Part shown: piece after piece, positions 38,283 through 46,586 of the stretch
How the letters are laid out: each line of letters begins with the position of its first letter
Numbering within the stretch: the first letter of the stretch is position 1
Source of the DNA: a virus
DNA length: 64,000 nucleotides
Strand: one strand, 5' to 3'
Virus record (IMG/VR): IMGVR_UViG_3300037312_000927
Notes under the pieces: generated by a model
What the model was told of the DNA's origin: nothing
The model's input: only the letters and a program-made list of their open reading frames with translations
Database searches by the model: none
Position numbers and translations under genes: made by a program

Positions 38283-38311
38283 TTGCTTTAATTAGTAGGT
38301 TGAGCTAAAAT
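38283..38311 (+). promoter_or_regulatory. Class A sigma70-like promoter
   Basis: TTGCTT-N17-TAAAAT. Confidence 0.55.
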
Positions 38312-38321
38312 TAAAAGATGA

Positions 38322-38356
38322 AGGGCCAGGTAGTAATATCTGGCCTTTTATTTTTT
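38322..38356 (+). terminator. Terminator-like hairpin
   Basis: GGCCAG...CTGGCC followed by TTTTATTTTTT. Confidence 0.6.
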
Positions 38357-38376
38357 AACCATATAAGGAGAATGAT

Positions 38377-39042
38377 ATGATCAGTTCATCGATCAAAAAG
38401 CTATTCCGACGATGTTTGTTAACAGTAGTGTGCAGCCTGGCAACTCTCACTGCGAATGCTCAACAAATGCCCTCGTTCCAAACTTCCCCGGAACGAAGCG
38501 TCCAAAATCAGTACGAGGTTCATCACGAACCTTTACCTCAAGTAGAACTTCCTCTGCTTCAAAGCCTTAACTTAGAAGTGAAAGATAAGGACTCCGTTTC
38601 GGAAACCACCGAAGAGGAATTTCGTCTAGCTGTGTATATCGCAGAAAAGTTCGAGATTACCTTAAGGGCTGCTCTGGAAATCATCAAACTGGCTACAGAG
38701 CATGCCGACGAAGATTTTCCAAAACGTAACGATATCCTGGCACTCATCGCAGTAGAGTCTCGGTACAATGTCAGGGCCAAGTTTAAGGGATGTTTCGGGT
38801 TGATGCAGATTAACCTCAAAGCTCATTCGAAACTTCTTAAACGCCGAAACCCGTTAAACCCTTCAGTCAACATTGAAGTGGGTTCTATCACCCTTCGTGA
38901 GTATTACGAATCTTTGGGAAAGAGTTCTAAGGCTGCAGTCCTTAGTTTTAACGCTGGTATCGGTAGTTACTTGAAGCGGAAATACAACAAGGAGTACTAC
39001 GTCAAATACCGAGAGGAACTCAAAAACCTCTCTCGCCTGTAA
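38377..39042 (+). CDS. Secreted lytic transglycosylase (SLT), possible endolysin
   Basis: Signal-like N-terminus; LALIAVESRYN, FGLMQIN, SFNAG. Confidence 0.82.
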   Translation: MISSSIKKLFRRCLLTVVCSLATLTANAQQMPSFQTSPERSVQNQYEVHHEPLPQVELPLLQSLNLEVKDKDSVSETTEEEFRLAVYIAEKFEITLRAALEIIKLATEHADEDFPKRNDILALIAVESRYNVRAKFKGCFGLMQINLKAHSKLLKRRNPLNPSVNIEVGSITLREYYESLGKSSKAAVLSFNAGIGSYLKRKYNKEYYVKYREELKNLSRL

Positions 39043-39047
39043 GGGCT

Positions 39048-39073
39048 AAGCCGGGTTCATACCGGCTTTTTTT
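39048..39073 (+). terminator. Rho-independent terminator
   Basis: AAGCCGG...CCGGCTT plus T-run. Confidence 0.75.
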
Positions 39074-39094
39074 AGGTAAATTAAAGGGGTATCT

Positions 39095-39105
39095 TTTGGT
39101 ATAAG
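39095..39105 (+). promoter_or_regulatory. Class B promoter
   Basis: TTTGGTATAAG. Confidence 0.75.
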
Positions 39106-39166
39106 AAAAGTATGGAACACAGTTATGATGTTCCTTTACTTATAATCGAAACTAAGGAAACTGAAA

Positions 39167-39367
39167 ATGCAAACCTACACCCAGGGTAACAACTCCAGCG
39201 TTCGTATCAATAAAGGCGATTTAATCATTGCGATTATTGCTGTAGTCCTGTTCGCCGTAGTGGCAACGATGGTAATCAATCAATTAACGCTGCCGAATTC
39301 ATGTTTGGAGTTCGGCGGTATGTTCCATAAAGACTTGGGTAGCTTGGCCTGTTCGACTCCCCACTAA
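39167..39367 (+). CDS. Small membrane protein
   Basis: 66 aa, one TM helix, SD AAGGA. Confidence 0.7.
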   Translation: MQTYTQGNNSSVRINKGDLIIAIIAVVLFAVVATMVINQLTLPNSCLEFGGMFHKDLGSLACSTPH

Positions 39368-39384
39368 CTTCGAAAGGGCAATCC

Positions 39385-39516
39385 ATGGCCGGAGTAATAC
39401 TTACTGTACTGGGCATCGGGATAGGGATTCTGCTTGGCGGAACCGTTGCTATTTGTGTAGTTGTAGGAGTCGTTAAAGGAATCATTGAAATAGTCATCGA
39501 TCTCTTTACAGATTAA
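39385..39516 (+). CDS. Small hydrophobic protein (43 aa), not in the ORF track
   Basis: MAGVILTVLGIGIGILLGGTVAICVVVGVVKGIIEIVIDLFTD; followed by a terminator hairpin. Confidence 0.6.
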   Translation: MAGVILTVLGIGIGILLGGTVAICVVVGVVKGIIEIVIDLFTD

Positions 39517-39562
39517 CCGAAGGGCCTTGATTTCCAAGGCCTTTTTTATTTAGATAACAGAC

Positions 39563-40336
39563 ATGGAATCTGATACAGAAGAACTAGATCCAGTGACGGC
39601 AGAGCTCGTCAGAAGATGTTCGGTAGACTGGGGTGAAGCTCCCCACTATAATGAGGAGTATCGAAAGATACGTTGGCCGGGAGTTAAGTTTAAAAACGAG
39701 GATGGGTCCAAACGAGAAGTATACGACAAGCGGCCTCTATGGTTGATAGAAGTTATTGCCGACAAGAGAGCTAAGAACCGAGGTGCATGGAATCCAGACA
39801 GAACTTGGAGATCGCTTATTGGAGATCTCAAGTTCTGCATGCGAGAGAACATACCTATAAAAACTAACAGCTTTGAATATCAACCCAGTACCCAGTGGCT
39901 ACTACTTAAGGGTAAGCGGTTTTTGAAGTACGATATTTATTCAGGCTTCCTTACCCACTTCTCTTTAGGAGGGAGGTATGATAAGCTCACGTCATACATG
40001 CTTAGGAAGTTCGGTATTAGGGTAAAGCTTCATGGTAAGGAGATCAGGTGGGATCTGGCATACCGACCGGGACGTATTATACCTGAACAGTGGATTCCAA
40101 TAAACATATACGCAGAATATGAACTCTTCGTATTGCACGCAGGCCGGCCTTATGAATTTCTTATAAGAAGAGATAGGCAGCCTATACGTAGCCGGCCCGG
40201 TGCTGCACCTGGGGCAAGACATGTACAAGCAACAAACGCCGGGCCCGAGACACAAGCCGTGACAGACCCTGGACCTGCTCCGATCACCCGTGCTGACATA
40301 CAAAGATTTATCAATGGACGCTTAAATCATGATTAA
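39563..40336 (+). CDS. Hypothetical protein
   Basis: 257 aa, Trp/Arg-rich. Confidence 0.65.
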   Translation: MESDTEELDPVTAELVRRCSVDWGEAPHYNEEYRKIRWPGVKFKNEDGSKREVYDKRPLWLIEVIADKRAKNRGAWNPDRTWRSLIGDLKFCMRENIPIKTNSFEYQPSTQWLLLKGKRFLKYDIYSGFLTHFSLGGRYDKLTSYMLRKFGIRVKLHGKEIRWDLAYRPGRIIPEQWIPINIYAEYELFVLHAGRPYEFLIRRDRQPIRSRPGAAPGARHVQATNAGPETQAVTDPGPAPITRADIQRFINGRLNHD

Positions 40337-40853
40337 AAATATCGACTTAGAATTTCTCACTCAGTATCAACATACCAATAAGCTTCTTATTAAGGGTATC
40401 GAAAGCCACTTTGATACCATCACGGCTCATACCGGAGTGATCAACTCTTACCTCACAGCTTTGATGGGTCCATTCATCATTCAGAGTGTTAACCCTAACT
40501 TGAAGGTGGACCGTGAAGTAGTCATGTCGAAGTTGCGAGTGGTACTTGACCACATCCTGGCTTTGTGCGAAGCTTGCTCTTACGACCTGCCCAACGAGGA
40601 GGCCTTTGCAGAGTTTGATGCGGTGATGCCTCAAAACGTAAAGAAGGACTTGATCCTCACCACGTCTGATATGATCGGTTGTAATATGGATCTCCTTCAG
40701 ATCGTCCATGTGGATATGGAAGGTTCGGCCATCTGGTCGGAACAAGAACCTCCTGAAGACTTTGTATCTGACATTATTTCGTTAATTAATGGTATAAAGA
40801 ACATAGGGCTCAAGTATTCCTTCACTGTAGGGGACTTGTTGACCGAAGTCTAA
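40329..40853 (+). CDS. Hypothetical helical protein
   Basis: 174 aa, coupled to the upstream ORF. Confidence 0.65.
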   Translation: MIKNIDLEFLTQYQHTNKLLIKGIESHFDTITAHTGVINSYLTALMGPFIIQSVNPNLKVDREVVMSKLRVVLDHILALCEACSYDLPNEEAFAEFDAVMPQNVKKDLILTTSDMIGCNMDLLQIVHVDMEGSAIWSEQEPPEDFVSDIISLINGIKNIGLKYSFTVGDLLTEV

Positions 40854-40856
40854 CGT

Positions 40857-40876
40857 AAGGGCGAAAGCCCTTTTTT
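40857..40876 (+). terminator. Rho-independent terminator
   Basis: AAGGGC-GAAA-GCCCTT plus T-run. Confidence 0.8.
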
Positions 40877-40907
40877 AATTTGGTGAAACAGCCAGGAAAG
40901 GTAGTAA

Positions 40908-42539
40908 ATGTATAATGGTAATTTGATCGATTTCTTCCCAGTGACCGAATATATCACTGGCCCCCGTTCTAACCAGACGGCGGTCATGAATGAGGTCGAT
41001 AAGGTAATTAAAGAGGGTAAGAAGAAGATCATCCTCATCGAAGGCCCCGTTGGTTGCGGCAAAAGTGCAATGGCTATTACCTTGGCACGAGCCTTCGAAC
41101 AAGCCCATGTCATTACTCCTCGTAAGAGTCTCCAAGACCAGTATTACGAGGACTTCAAAGACCATATCGTCCTTATGAAAGGTCGAGGTGCGTATCCTTG
41201 TACTATCTCGGATTCAAGAGCCAGGTACGTCAAGGTTGTCCGGGATATCAAAGCTGGGCGTGTGAACGCTCCTAGGATCGACGAGATGAACTGCGGCAGT
41301 GCTCCATGTCGCAACTCCCCAGATACTTATAATGCTTGTGTGAACGATAAAGGCCCGTGCCCATATACGATAGCAATGGAGACGGCTCAGGACAACGGAA
41401 TCGTCATCCACAACCTTCACTCGTTCATCTTCCAGACCAACTTTGCTAACAAGTTCGAGCAGCGAAAGCTGTTAATCGTTGATGAGGCTCACGAAATCGA
41501 AGGCATCGTCCGAGAATTCATCAGTAAGAAAATCACAGTTAACCGTACGGTTGCCAAAGAAAAACAGCCCGAAGACAACGACGTTGAAAAATGGTGCGAC
41601 TTCCTGTTGACCCCGGAATTTGTACCGATGGAAACGATGGCGGATCAGATTAATAAACAAAAGGATAAAAACTACCAAAGCTCCAGGGATCAGTACATCG
41701 CCAAGATCCAGCTTCTCCGTGCACAGCAAGAATTCTATAAGGATAAGTACATTATCCGTCGCACTTATAATCGTGTCGGCGAACGTATCATCAGCACGAG
41801 CTTTGAGTTTATCCCGGAAAAGCTCGGTAATGCTGCGACGGATTTGATTCTCAACAAAGGTGAATACGTTGTCCTCATGAGCGGTACGATCTATGGTAAG
41901 GATGTGTTCTGCAAGAACCTGGGTATTAATCCGGAAGAGGCACACTACATCCGTATCCCGTCGACGTTCCCGGCGAAGAACCGTCCAATTATCGCCAAGC
42001 CGGAATATCAGGTTGATACTTCGTTTGCGAATTGGAACGAGAACTTCGAAGAGATGTTAGGTAAGATCGGCAAAGTCATGGACATTTTCCACGACGCTAA
42101 AGGCCTGATACACGCCCCTTCTTATGAAGCTGCAGAGCAGATAGTCAGCAGAATGGGTGGTCGCCTCATGACTCATGGTAAGGGCGATATGCAGGAAAAG
42201 CTGCAGATGTTCTATGACAGCGACGAGCCTCTGGTCTTCGTTAGTCCGGTATGTCAGCAGGGCGTGGACTTTAAAGGTGACCGGGCTCGGTTCCAGATTA
42301 TCCTCCGAGTCCCTTACGCCAACACCTCCGACGCCTTCGTAAACCATAAAGTTCAGACGGACTTTCAATGGTATAACTACCAGGCGTTGGTGGTGTGGGG
42401 TCAACAAATCGGCCGGGTTAATCGATCTGAAGACGACTACGGTGCGACGTTCTTGATGGATAGTCGCTTTAACAAGTTCATCCATCGTAACTCTGGTAAA
42501 ATCCCTAAGTGGGTTCAATCAGCTATTATTTGGAAATAG
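40908..42539 (+). CDS. DinG/XPD-like SF2 helicase
   Basis: GPVGCGKS, MKGRGAYPC plus Fe-S-like cysteines, DEAH, MSGT, QGVDF, QQIGRVNRS. Confidence 0.88.
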   Translation: MYNGNLIDFFPVTEYITGPRSNQTAVMNEVDKVIKEGKKKIILIEGPVGCGKSAMAITLARAFEQAHVITPRKSLQDQYYEDFKDHIVLMKGRGAYPCTISDSRARYVKVVRDIKAGRVNAPRIDEMNCGSAPCRNSPDTYNACVNDKGPCPYTIAMETAQDNGIVIHNLHSFIFQTNFANKFEQRKLLIVDEAHEIEGIVREFISKKITVNRTVAKEKQPEDNDVEKWCDFLLTPEFVPMETMADQINKQKDKNYQSSRDQYIAKIQLLRAQQEFYKDKYIIRRTYNRVGERIISTSFEFIPEKLGNAATDLILNKGEYVVLMSGTIYGKDVFCKNLGINPEEAHYIRIPSTFPAKNRPIIAKPEYQVDTSFANWNENFEEMLGKIGKVMDIFHDAKGLIHAPSYEAAEQIVSRMGGRLMTHGKGDMQEKLQMFYDSDEPLVFVSPVCQQGVDFKGDRARFQIILRVPYANTSDAFVNHKVQTDFQWYNYQALVVWGQQIGRVNRSEDDYGATFLMDSRFNKFIHRNSGKIPKWVQSAIIWK

Positions 42540-42540
42540 T

Positions 42541-42819
42541 ATGACTATACTAAACATGTATTTTTTACTGGTAATTGCATCATTTATCTCTATCCAACTT
42601 TGGTTCTACGTAGATCCTAGCCTGGGTAGAAAGATAACTGTAACCACTATAATTCTCGGATTTATAGGGGCAATTATACCCGTTATTAATATAGCATTAC
42701 TAATAGGTGGGATATGCGAATTTGTGGAAAATATTCAAGTTTTTAACATCTGGAAATTTATAGAGAATCTACTAGATAAATACGATAAAATTGTACTTTT
42801 TGAAAACAAAAGGAATTAA
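42541..42819 (+). CDS. Small membrane protein, IPxxN family
   Basis: 92 aa; IIPVINIALL. Confidence 0.65.
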   Translation: MTILNMYFLLVIASFISIQLWFYVDPSLGRKITVTTIILGFIGAIIPVINIALLIGGICEFVENIQVFNIWKFIENLLDKYDKIVLFENKRN

Positions 42820-43040
42820 TGAGCTTCTTCTACTACCAAACAGGGCCGCAAGGCCCTGAGAAACCTAAAGGGTCTTCTATGAAATTTGAACGAGATGGAT
42901 TTACTATTAACGGCAGCGATCTTATCAAAGTTGTAGCAGATAATCCTGAGATTAAAGAGGGAAGAGTTGATAAGGGGTTCGGACCTACGGGACATTGGAT
43001 CCCTTGTAACTACAATCCGGAGACGGGAGAGGTTGTATGA
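42819..43040 (+). CDS. Hypothetical protein
   Basis: 73 aa, coupled. Confidence 0.6.
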   Translation: MSFFYYQTGPQGPEKPKGSSMKFERDGFTINGSDLIKVVADNPEIKEGRVDKGFGPTGHWIPCNYNPETGEVV

Positions 43041-43252
43041 ACTATGATTTGGTGTTTTGTTACATTGTATCCTTCGCCTTATCTGCAATAATATGGCCAC
43101 CCGTTTATTTAAAACTGGAAGGATTTTCGCCAGATAATGCTAACCGCACCTGGATTGGCTTAGTATCGGTACTACCTATCCTTAACTCCATGAGTGCAGC
43201 TTTGGCTGTGGCTATTCTTTTAGGGTATTCAATTAAAAAGGATTCTAAATGA
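43037..43252 (+). CDS. Small membrane protein, IPxxN family
   Basis: 71 aa; VLPILN. Confidence 0.65.
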   Translation: MNYDLVFCYIVSFALSAIIWPPVYLKLEGFSPDNANRTWIGLVSVLPILNSMSAALAVAILLGYSIKKDSK

Positions 43253-43521
43253 TTAATTGGCTTACTTTTTGGTACCTATATGTATTAGGGTTCACTTTGT
43301 GTCTCCTGGTTATGCCGAAGGCTTATGCATACGAAAGTGGCAAGTACTGCCCGGTAACCTGGAGAATCCTATTAGTATTTACAGGCATAGGACTTATTCC
43401 TTACATAAATCTTGTAGTATCAGTACTAGGAATAGCCTGCCTTTCATGGGATATACTTTGGGATTGGCTGGGGTCCGATTGGCTGGATAAACCTATCTTT
43501 GGAAAACAAAAGAACAGCTAG
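43249..43521 (+). CDS. Small membrane protein, IPxxN family
   Basis: 90 aa; LIPYIN. Confidence 0.65.
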   Translation: MINWLTFWYLYVLGFTLCLLVMPKAYAYESGKYCPVTWRILLVFTGIGLIPYINLVVSVLGIACLSWDILWDWLGSDWLDKPIFGKQKNS

Positions 43522-43554
43522 AAAAAGATCTAAAGTTTAAACATTGGAGATAAT

Positions 43555-44016
43555 TTGAACCAAGATCAACTACGTAAAGCTATGAACCATGCTAAGTTCA
43601 TAGCTAATACTTATAGTAAAGATCAGAGTACTAAAGTAGGTGCTCTGATCCTAGGTCCTGATGGGGAACCGCTTTCCTGGGGATACAATGGTTTCCCTAG
43701 AGGGGCGGACGATAATAACCAAGAGAGGCATGGACGTCCTCTTAAATACTTATGGTCTGAACATGCGGAACGTAACGCCATCTTTAACGCTGCGAGATGT
43801 GGTCACAAGCTTAGTGGCTCTTCCATTTTTATTTACGGGCTGTGTCCTTGTCCTGATTGTTCACGGGGCATTATACAATCTGGTATCATTCGGACATACC
43901 TTGATATCGATTCCTTCAACCCTGAAAACCCTCGTGTCAAAGCTTGGGAAGAATCCTGGAAAGTAAGTAAGGAGATGTTAAATGAATGTGGCGTTGAAAC
44001 AATTATCGTCGAGTAA
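43555..44016 (+). CDS. dCMP deaminase
   Basis: VGA, GYNG, HAE-x-NA, PCPDC zinc motifs. Confidence 0.9.
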   Translation: MNQDQLRKAMNHAKFIANTYSKDQSTKVGALILGPDGEPLSWGYNGFPRGADDNNQERHGRPLKYLWSEHAERNAIFNAARCGHKLSGSSIFIYGLCPCPDCSRGIIQSGIIRTYLDIDSFNPENPRVKAWEESWKVSKEMLNECGVETIIVE

Positions 44017-44170
44017 GCCTGTTATAAAACTCATTACTAGATCTCCTCGTGGAGACCTTGAAATGTGGGTATGTCGAGATAAAGATGCGACGGGTTTTGG
44101 TCTGAGTCCAGAGAAAGCCTTTACGGAATATAATATCTGGAAGCGTCTAAATTCCCTTATTCAAAAATAA
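43982..44170 (+). CDS. Hypothetical protein
   Basis: 62 aa. Confidence 0.4.
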   Translation: MNVALKQLSSSKPVIKLITRSPRGDLEMWVCRDKDATGFGLSPEKAFTEYNIWKRLNSLIQK

Positions 44171-44178
44171 CCTCTGAT

Positions 44179-44189
44179 TTTGGTATAAG
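44179..44189 (+). promoter_or_regulatory. Class B promoter
   Basis: TTTGGTATAAG. Confidence 0.75.
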
Positions 44190-44228
44190 AGAAATAGATC
44201 GATAAGATCTACCTTTTCATCGCTAATC

Positions 44229-44251
44229 AAGCCCGACTTCGGTCGGGTTTT
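44229..44251 (+). terminator. UUCG-capped hairpin/terminator
   Basis: AAGCCCGAC-TTCG-GTCGGGTTT. Confidence 0.6.
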
Positions 44252-44265
44252 GTATTTCTACTGCC

Positions 44266-44300
44266 GGGCTTTTAGCTCAGCGGGAGAGAAGGTTCAACCA
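44266..44300 (+). pseudogene. tRNA 5'-half-like remnant
   Basis: GGGCTTTTAGCTCAGCGGGAGAG resembles an acceptor strand plus D-arm; no anticodon arm or 3' acceptor strand. Confidence 0.3.
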
Positions 44301-44326
44301 TAACTTTATTAAGAATAGGAGTAGTA

Positions 44327-44800
44327 ATGACCCACCCGCATAAAGAACGGATCCCCGCTGTGGCGACCCAAGTTCAGCAGGCGTCGGCAGTAGAAAAGAC
44401 CGAGGCAAAACATCGCACCCTGCGTGAACGCCGCAAGGCTAAACGTGAAGGTATCAAAGTCTCTAAGTCGACTGCGTTCCTCCGTCGCCGTAAAGTGGCG
44501 GAGCAGGAGCAACAAAGGGCAGAGGGCGTTTACGTACAGCGTGAACAGAACCCCGAGCTGAAGGTGTTTGAAGATCCGCCTGTCATGAGTCTCAGCCAAT
44601 TGATGGAGGAGATCTCGGATGAAGAAGCGGCAGCAGGACTTACCGCACTCGAAATGCATAACTTCGAGCGTTCACAGAGTCCTGAGGGGGATGAAAATCT
44701 CACTCTGGAATTCTGGGCCAATCAGGGTCTTTCCCAGAACTCGTTCAGCAACAGTCTGGGTTATTCTCGTCGTTCGACCGTCGACTCGGTCTCCCTGTAA
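44327..44800 (+). CDS. Hypothetical protein (basic N-half, acidic C-half)
   Basis: 157 aa, SD AGGAG. Confidence 0.7.
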   Translation: MTHPHKERIPAVATQVQQASAVEKTEAKHRTLRERRKAKREGIKVSKSTAFLRRRKVAEQEQQRAEGVYVQREQNPELKVFEDPPVMSLSQLMEEISDEEAAAGLTALEMHNFERSQSPEGDENLTLEFWANQGLSQNSFSNSLGYSRRSTVDSVSL

Positions 44801-44954
44801 TAAAGTATCACTAGGTATTTACAAAATGTTTAATAGTTCACTGGATATGTGGAATTGGGATCACTGGCCTGGTACTAGCCGTCCGACCACCCCACCCACG
44901 TCCAAGTAAAGTAAACACTACTCTACAGTGAACAATTCGTTGCAGTAAAAGGTC

Positions 44955-45377
44955 TCACAGAGATCCACCCAGTTGTTGCCTGAGAATACTAAGAGCCTCT
45001 TTCTTGTACTCACGAAATTGCTCTTTAGAAAGATTCAATTGCTTTGCTACATTAGTATTGGTCATTTCTTCACCATCGTTAATGCCATAGGTAAGCTCAA
45101 TTATCTCTCGGTGTGGCGATGGTAACTTTGAGATGATGTTGTGGATTTTATCTCGGTCCATCCTGACTTCGACTTCCGTACCAATAGGGTCGATCTCGAA
45201 GCTAGGATCGTCGGTAAGGTCATCCAAATAGTATGTAAGGTATTTAGTACTGTACAGTTCTCTGAGATCCTTTTCACGGATTTCAGGGAACTCTTTTTTT
45301 AGTTCATCGAATGTAACATCTTCTTCTTTAGATTCGGTAAACTTCTGAATCCTTGCTATTAATTGTTGCTTCCAGAT
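44955..45377 (-). CDS. Phage sigma70-family factor, exon 2 (regions 3-4)
   Basis: IHNIISKLPSPHREIIELTYGI...MTNTNVAKQLNLSKEQFREYKKEAL = region 4 HTH. Confidence 0.88.
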   Translation of the reverse strand: MWKQQLIARIQKFTESKEEDVTFDELKKEFPEIREKDLRELYSTKYLTYYLDDLTDDPSFEIDPIGTEVEVRMDRDKIHNIISKLPSPHREIIELTYGINDGEEMTNTNVAKQLNLSKEQFREYKKEALSILRQQLGGSL

Positions 45378-45604
45378 CACGCTGTTACTTGTTGACCTAC
45401 CTAAGTAGGCGGTAGCTCATTTCTGGCTACTCTCGACTTTCTTTTGTTATGGTCGAGTTCAGACTATCGCATCACCTATCTCTAGGGCCATCTCACTTAG
45501 TCGTTCACGGTGCTTCCGCTTCCGCCCTGTCACCCTCTTCAGGGTTTCCAAGTCAATCAGAGTTGGTTTTCTTACGCTGTCACCAGAGTAAGCCCCATAA
45601 GTTT
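45378..45604 (-). ncRNA. Group I intron (227 nt, no ORF) in the sigma factor gene
   Basis: 5' exon ends in U (CCU) pairing with IGS GGGG; P7 GACUA/UAGUC; P3 CCAACUC/GAGAUGG; GNRA-capped P2, P6 and P8; P5, P9, P9.1 and P9.2 stems; terminal G; removal restores RIVSLP|IWKQQ in frame. Confidence 0.9.
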
Positions 45605-45961
45605 AGGGAGGGAAACAATTCTCATTTTACTCATCTCTTTGAGTATGCGTTGCTGAACCCACCATCCAGCGTAGCTCAGAAAACGTACGTTCATACTGGG
45701 CTTGAACTTCTCAAGACCTACTAGTAGTCCATCATTACCAGCACAGATGAGTTCTTCGAAAATGTCGGGATCGTTCTTGGAATATTTCTTAGCAGTTTTG
45801 AAACAGAAACGCAGATTAGCCTTAATTATTTTGTCTTTAATCTTAGCTTTCTCTTTCTCAGATATGGCAGGATCGTTGAGTTCCATAAAGAGATCGAATT
45901 CTTCCTCCTTGGTTAGGAGGGGTGTTTTACAAATTTCACTGTAGTAGCGGCTTAAGTCCAT
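45605..45961 (-). CDS. Phage sigma70-family factor, exon 1 (regions 1.2-2)
   Basis: DLSRYYSEICKTPLLTKEEE, IIKANLRF...AKKY, GNDGLL..LEKF, RFLSYAGWWVQQRI; 119 codons, spliced product 259 aa. Confidence 0.9.
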
Positions 45962-46013
45962 TTAATAATTCTTTTAAAGTTAGGTCCCCTCCTATTGATA
46001 GGGTGACAATCGT

Positions 46014-46042
46014 AGTGTAAACTCTAAGTTTACAAAAGTCAA
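46014..46042 (-). promoter_or_regulatory. Class A sigma70-like promoter of the sigma gene with embedded palindrome
   Basis: Minus strand TTGACT-N17-TACACT; GTAAAC-tctaa-GTTTAC inverted repeat at 46017-46033. Confidence 0.7.
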
Positions 46043-46554
46043 TGCATAGTATGGAACTGATAAGTAAAAAAGAAGCCTTAAGCAAAGGGCTCAAGAGATA
46101 TTTCACTGGTAAGCCGTGTAGGCACGGGCATGTTTGTGAGAGATTTGTTAGCGACGGTAATTGTAAACAGTGTAGGGTAAATCTCAATTCTAAGAATAAA
46201 TATAGAGAGGACTACGAGTCGTATCACAAGGAATATTATAAAAATAATAAACACATAGTATTATCTAAGAGAAAAGCCTACGCCCAGAAAAACTCGGATA
46301 GGATAAACGCGCTCATAGCTAAGCGCAGACACTCAAAGGATATGAGAACTCCTGCCTGGGCGAATCTGGAACTCATACGAAAGGTTTATGAAAAATGTAA
46401 AGTAACGACTAATAGAACTGGTGTAAAACACCATGTAGATCATATAGTTCCTTTACATTCTGATTTAGTATGTGGCCTCCATGTGCACTACAATTTACAA
46501 ATTTTACCTGCTTCAGAGAACTGTAGTAAAAGTAACAAGTTTGAAATAGTTTGA
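46042..46554 (+). mobile_element. Free-standing HNH homing endonuclease gene (likely start 46051)
   Basis: KEALSKGLKRYFTGKPCRHGH; HHVDHIVPL...VCGLHVHYNL...ENCSKSNK; paralogue of 27630-28316. Confidence 0.82.
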
Positions 46555-46586
46555 TCTTATAAACCCTTAATGATATAATAGAACTT

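Noticed and set aside
44806-44909. Short ORF MFNSSLDMWNWDH... after 44327-44800
   Set aside because: About 27 codons with no SD; the region is where convergent transcripts end, so it is unsupported
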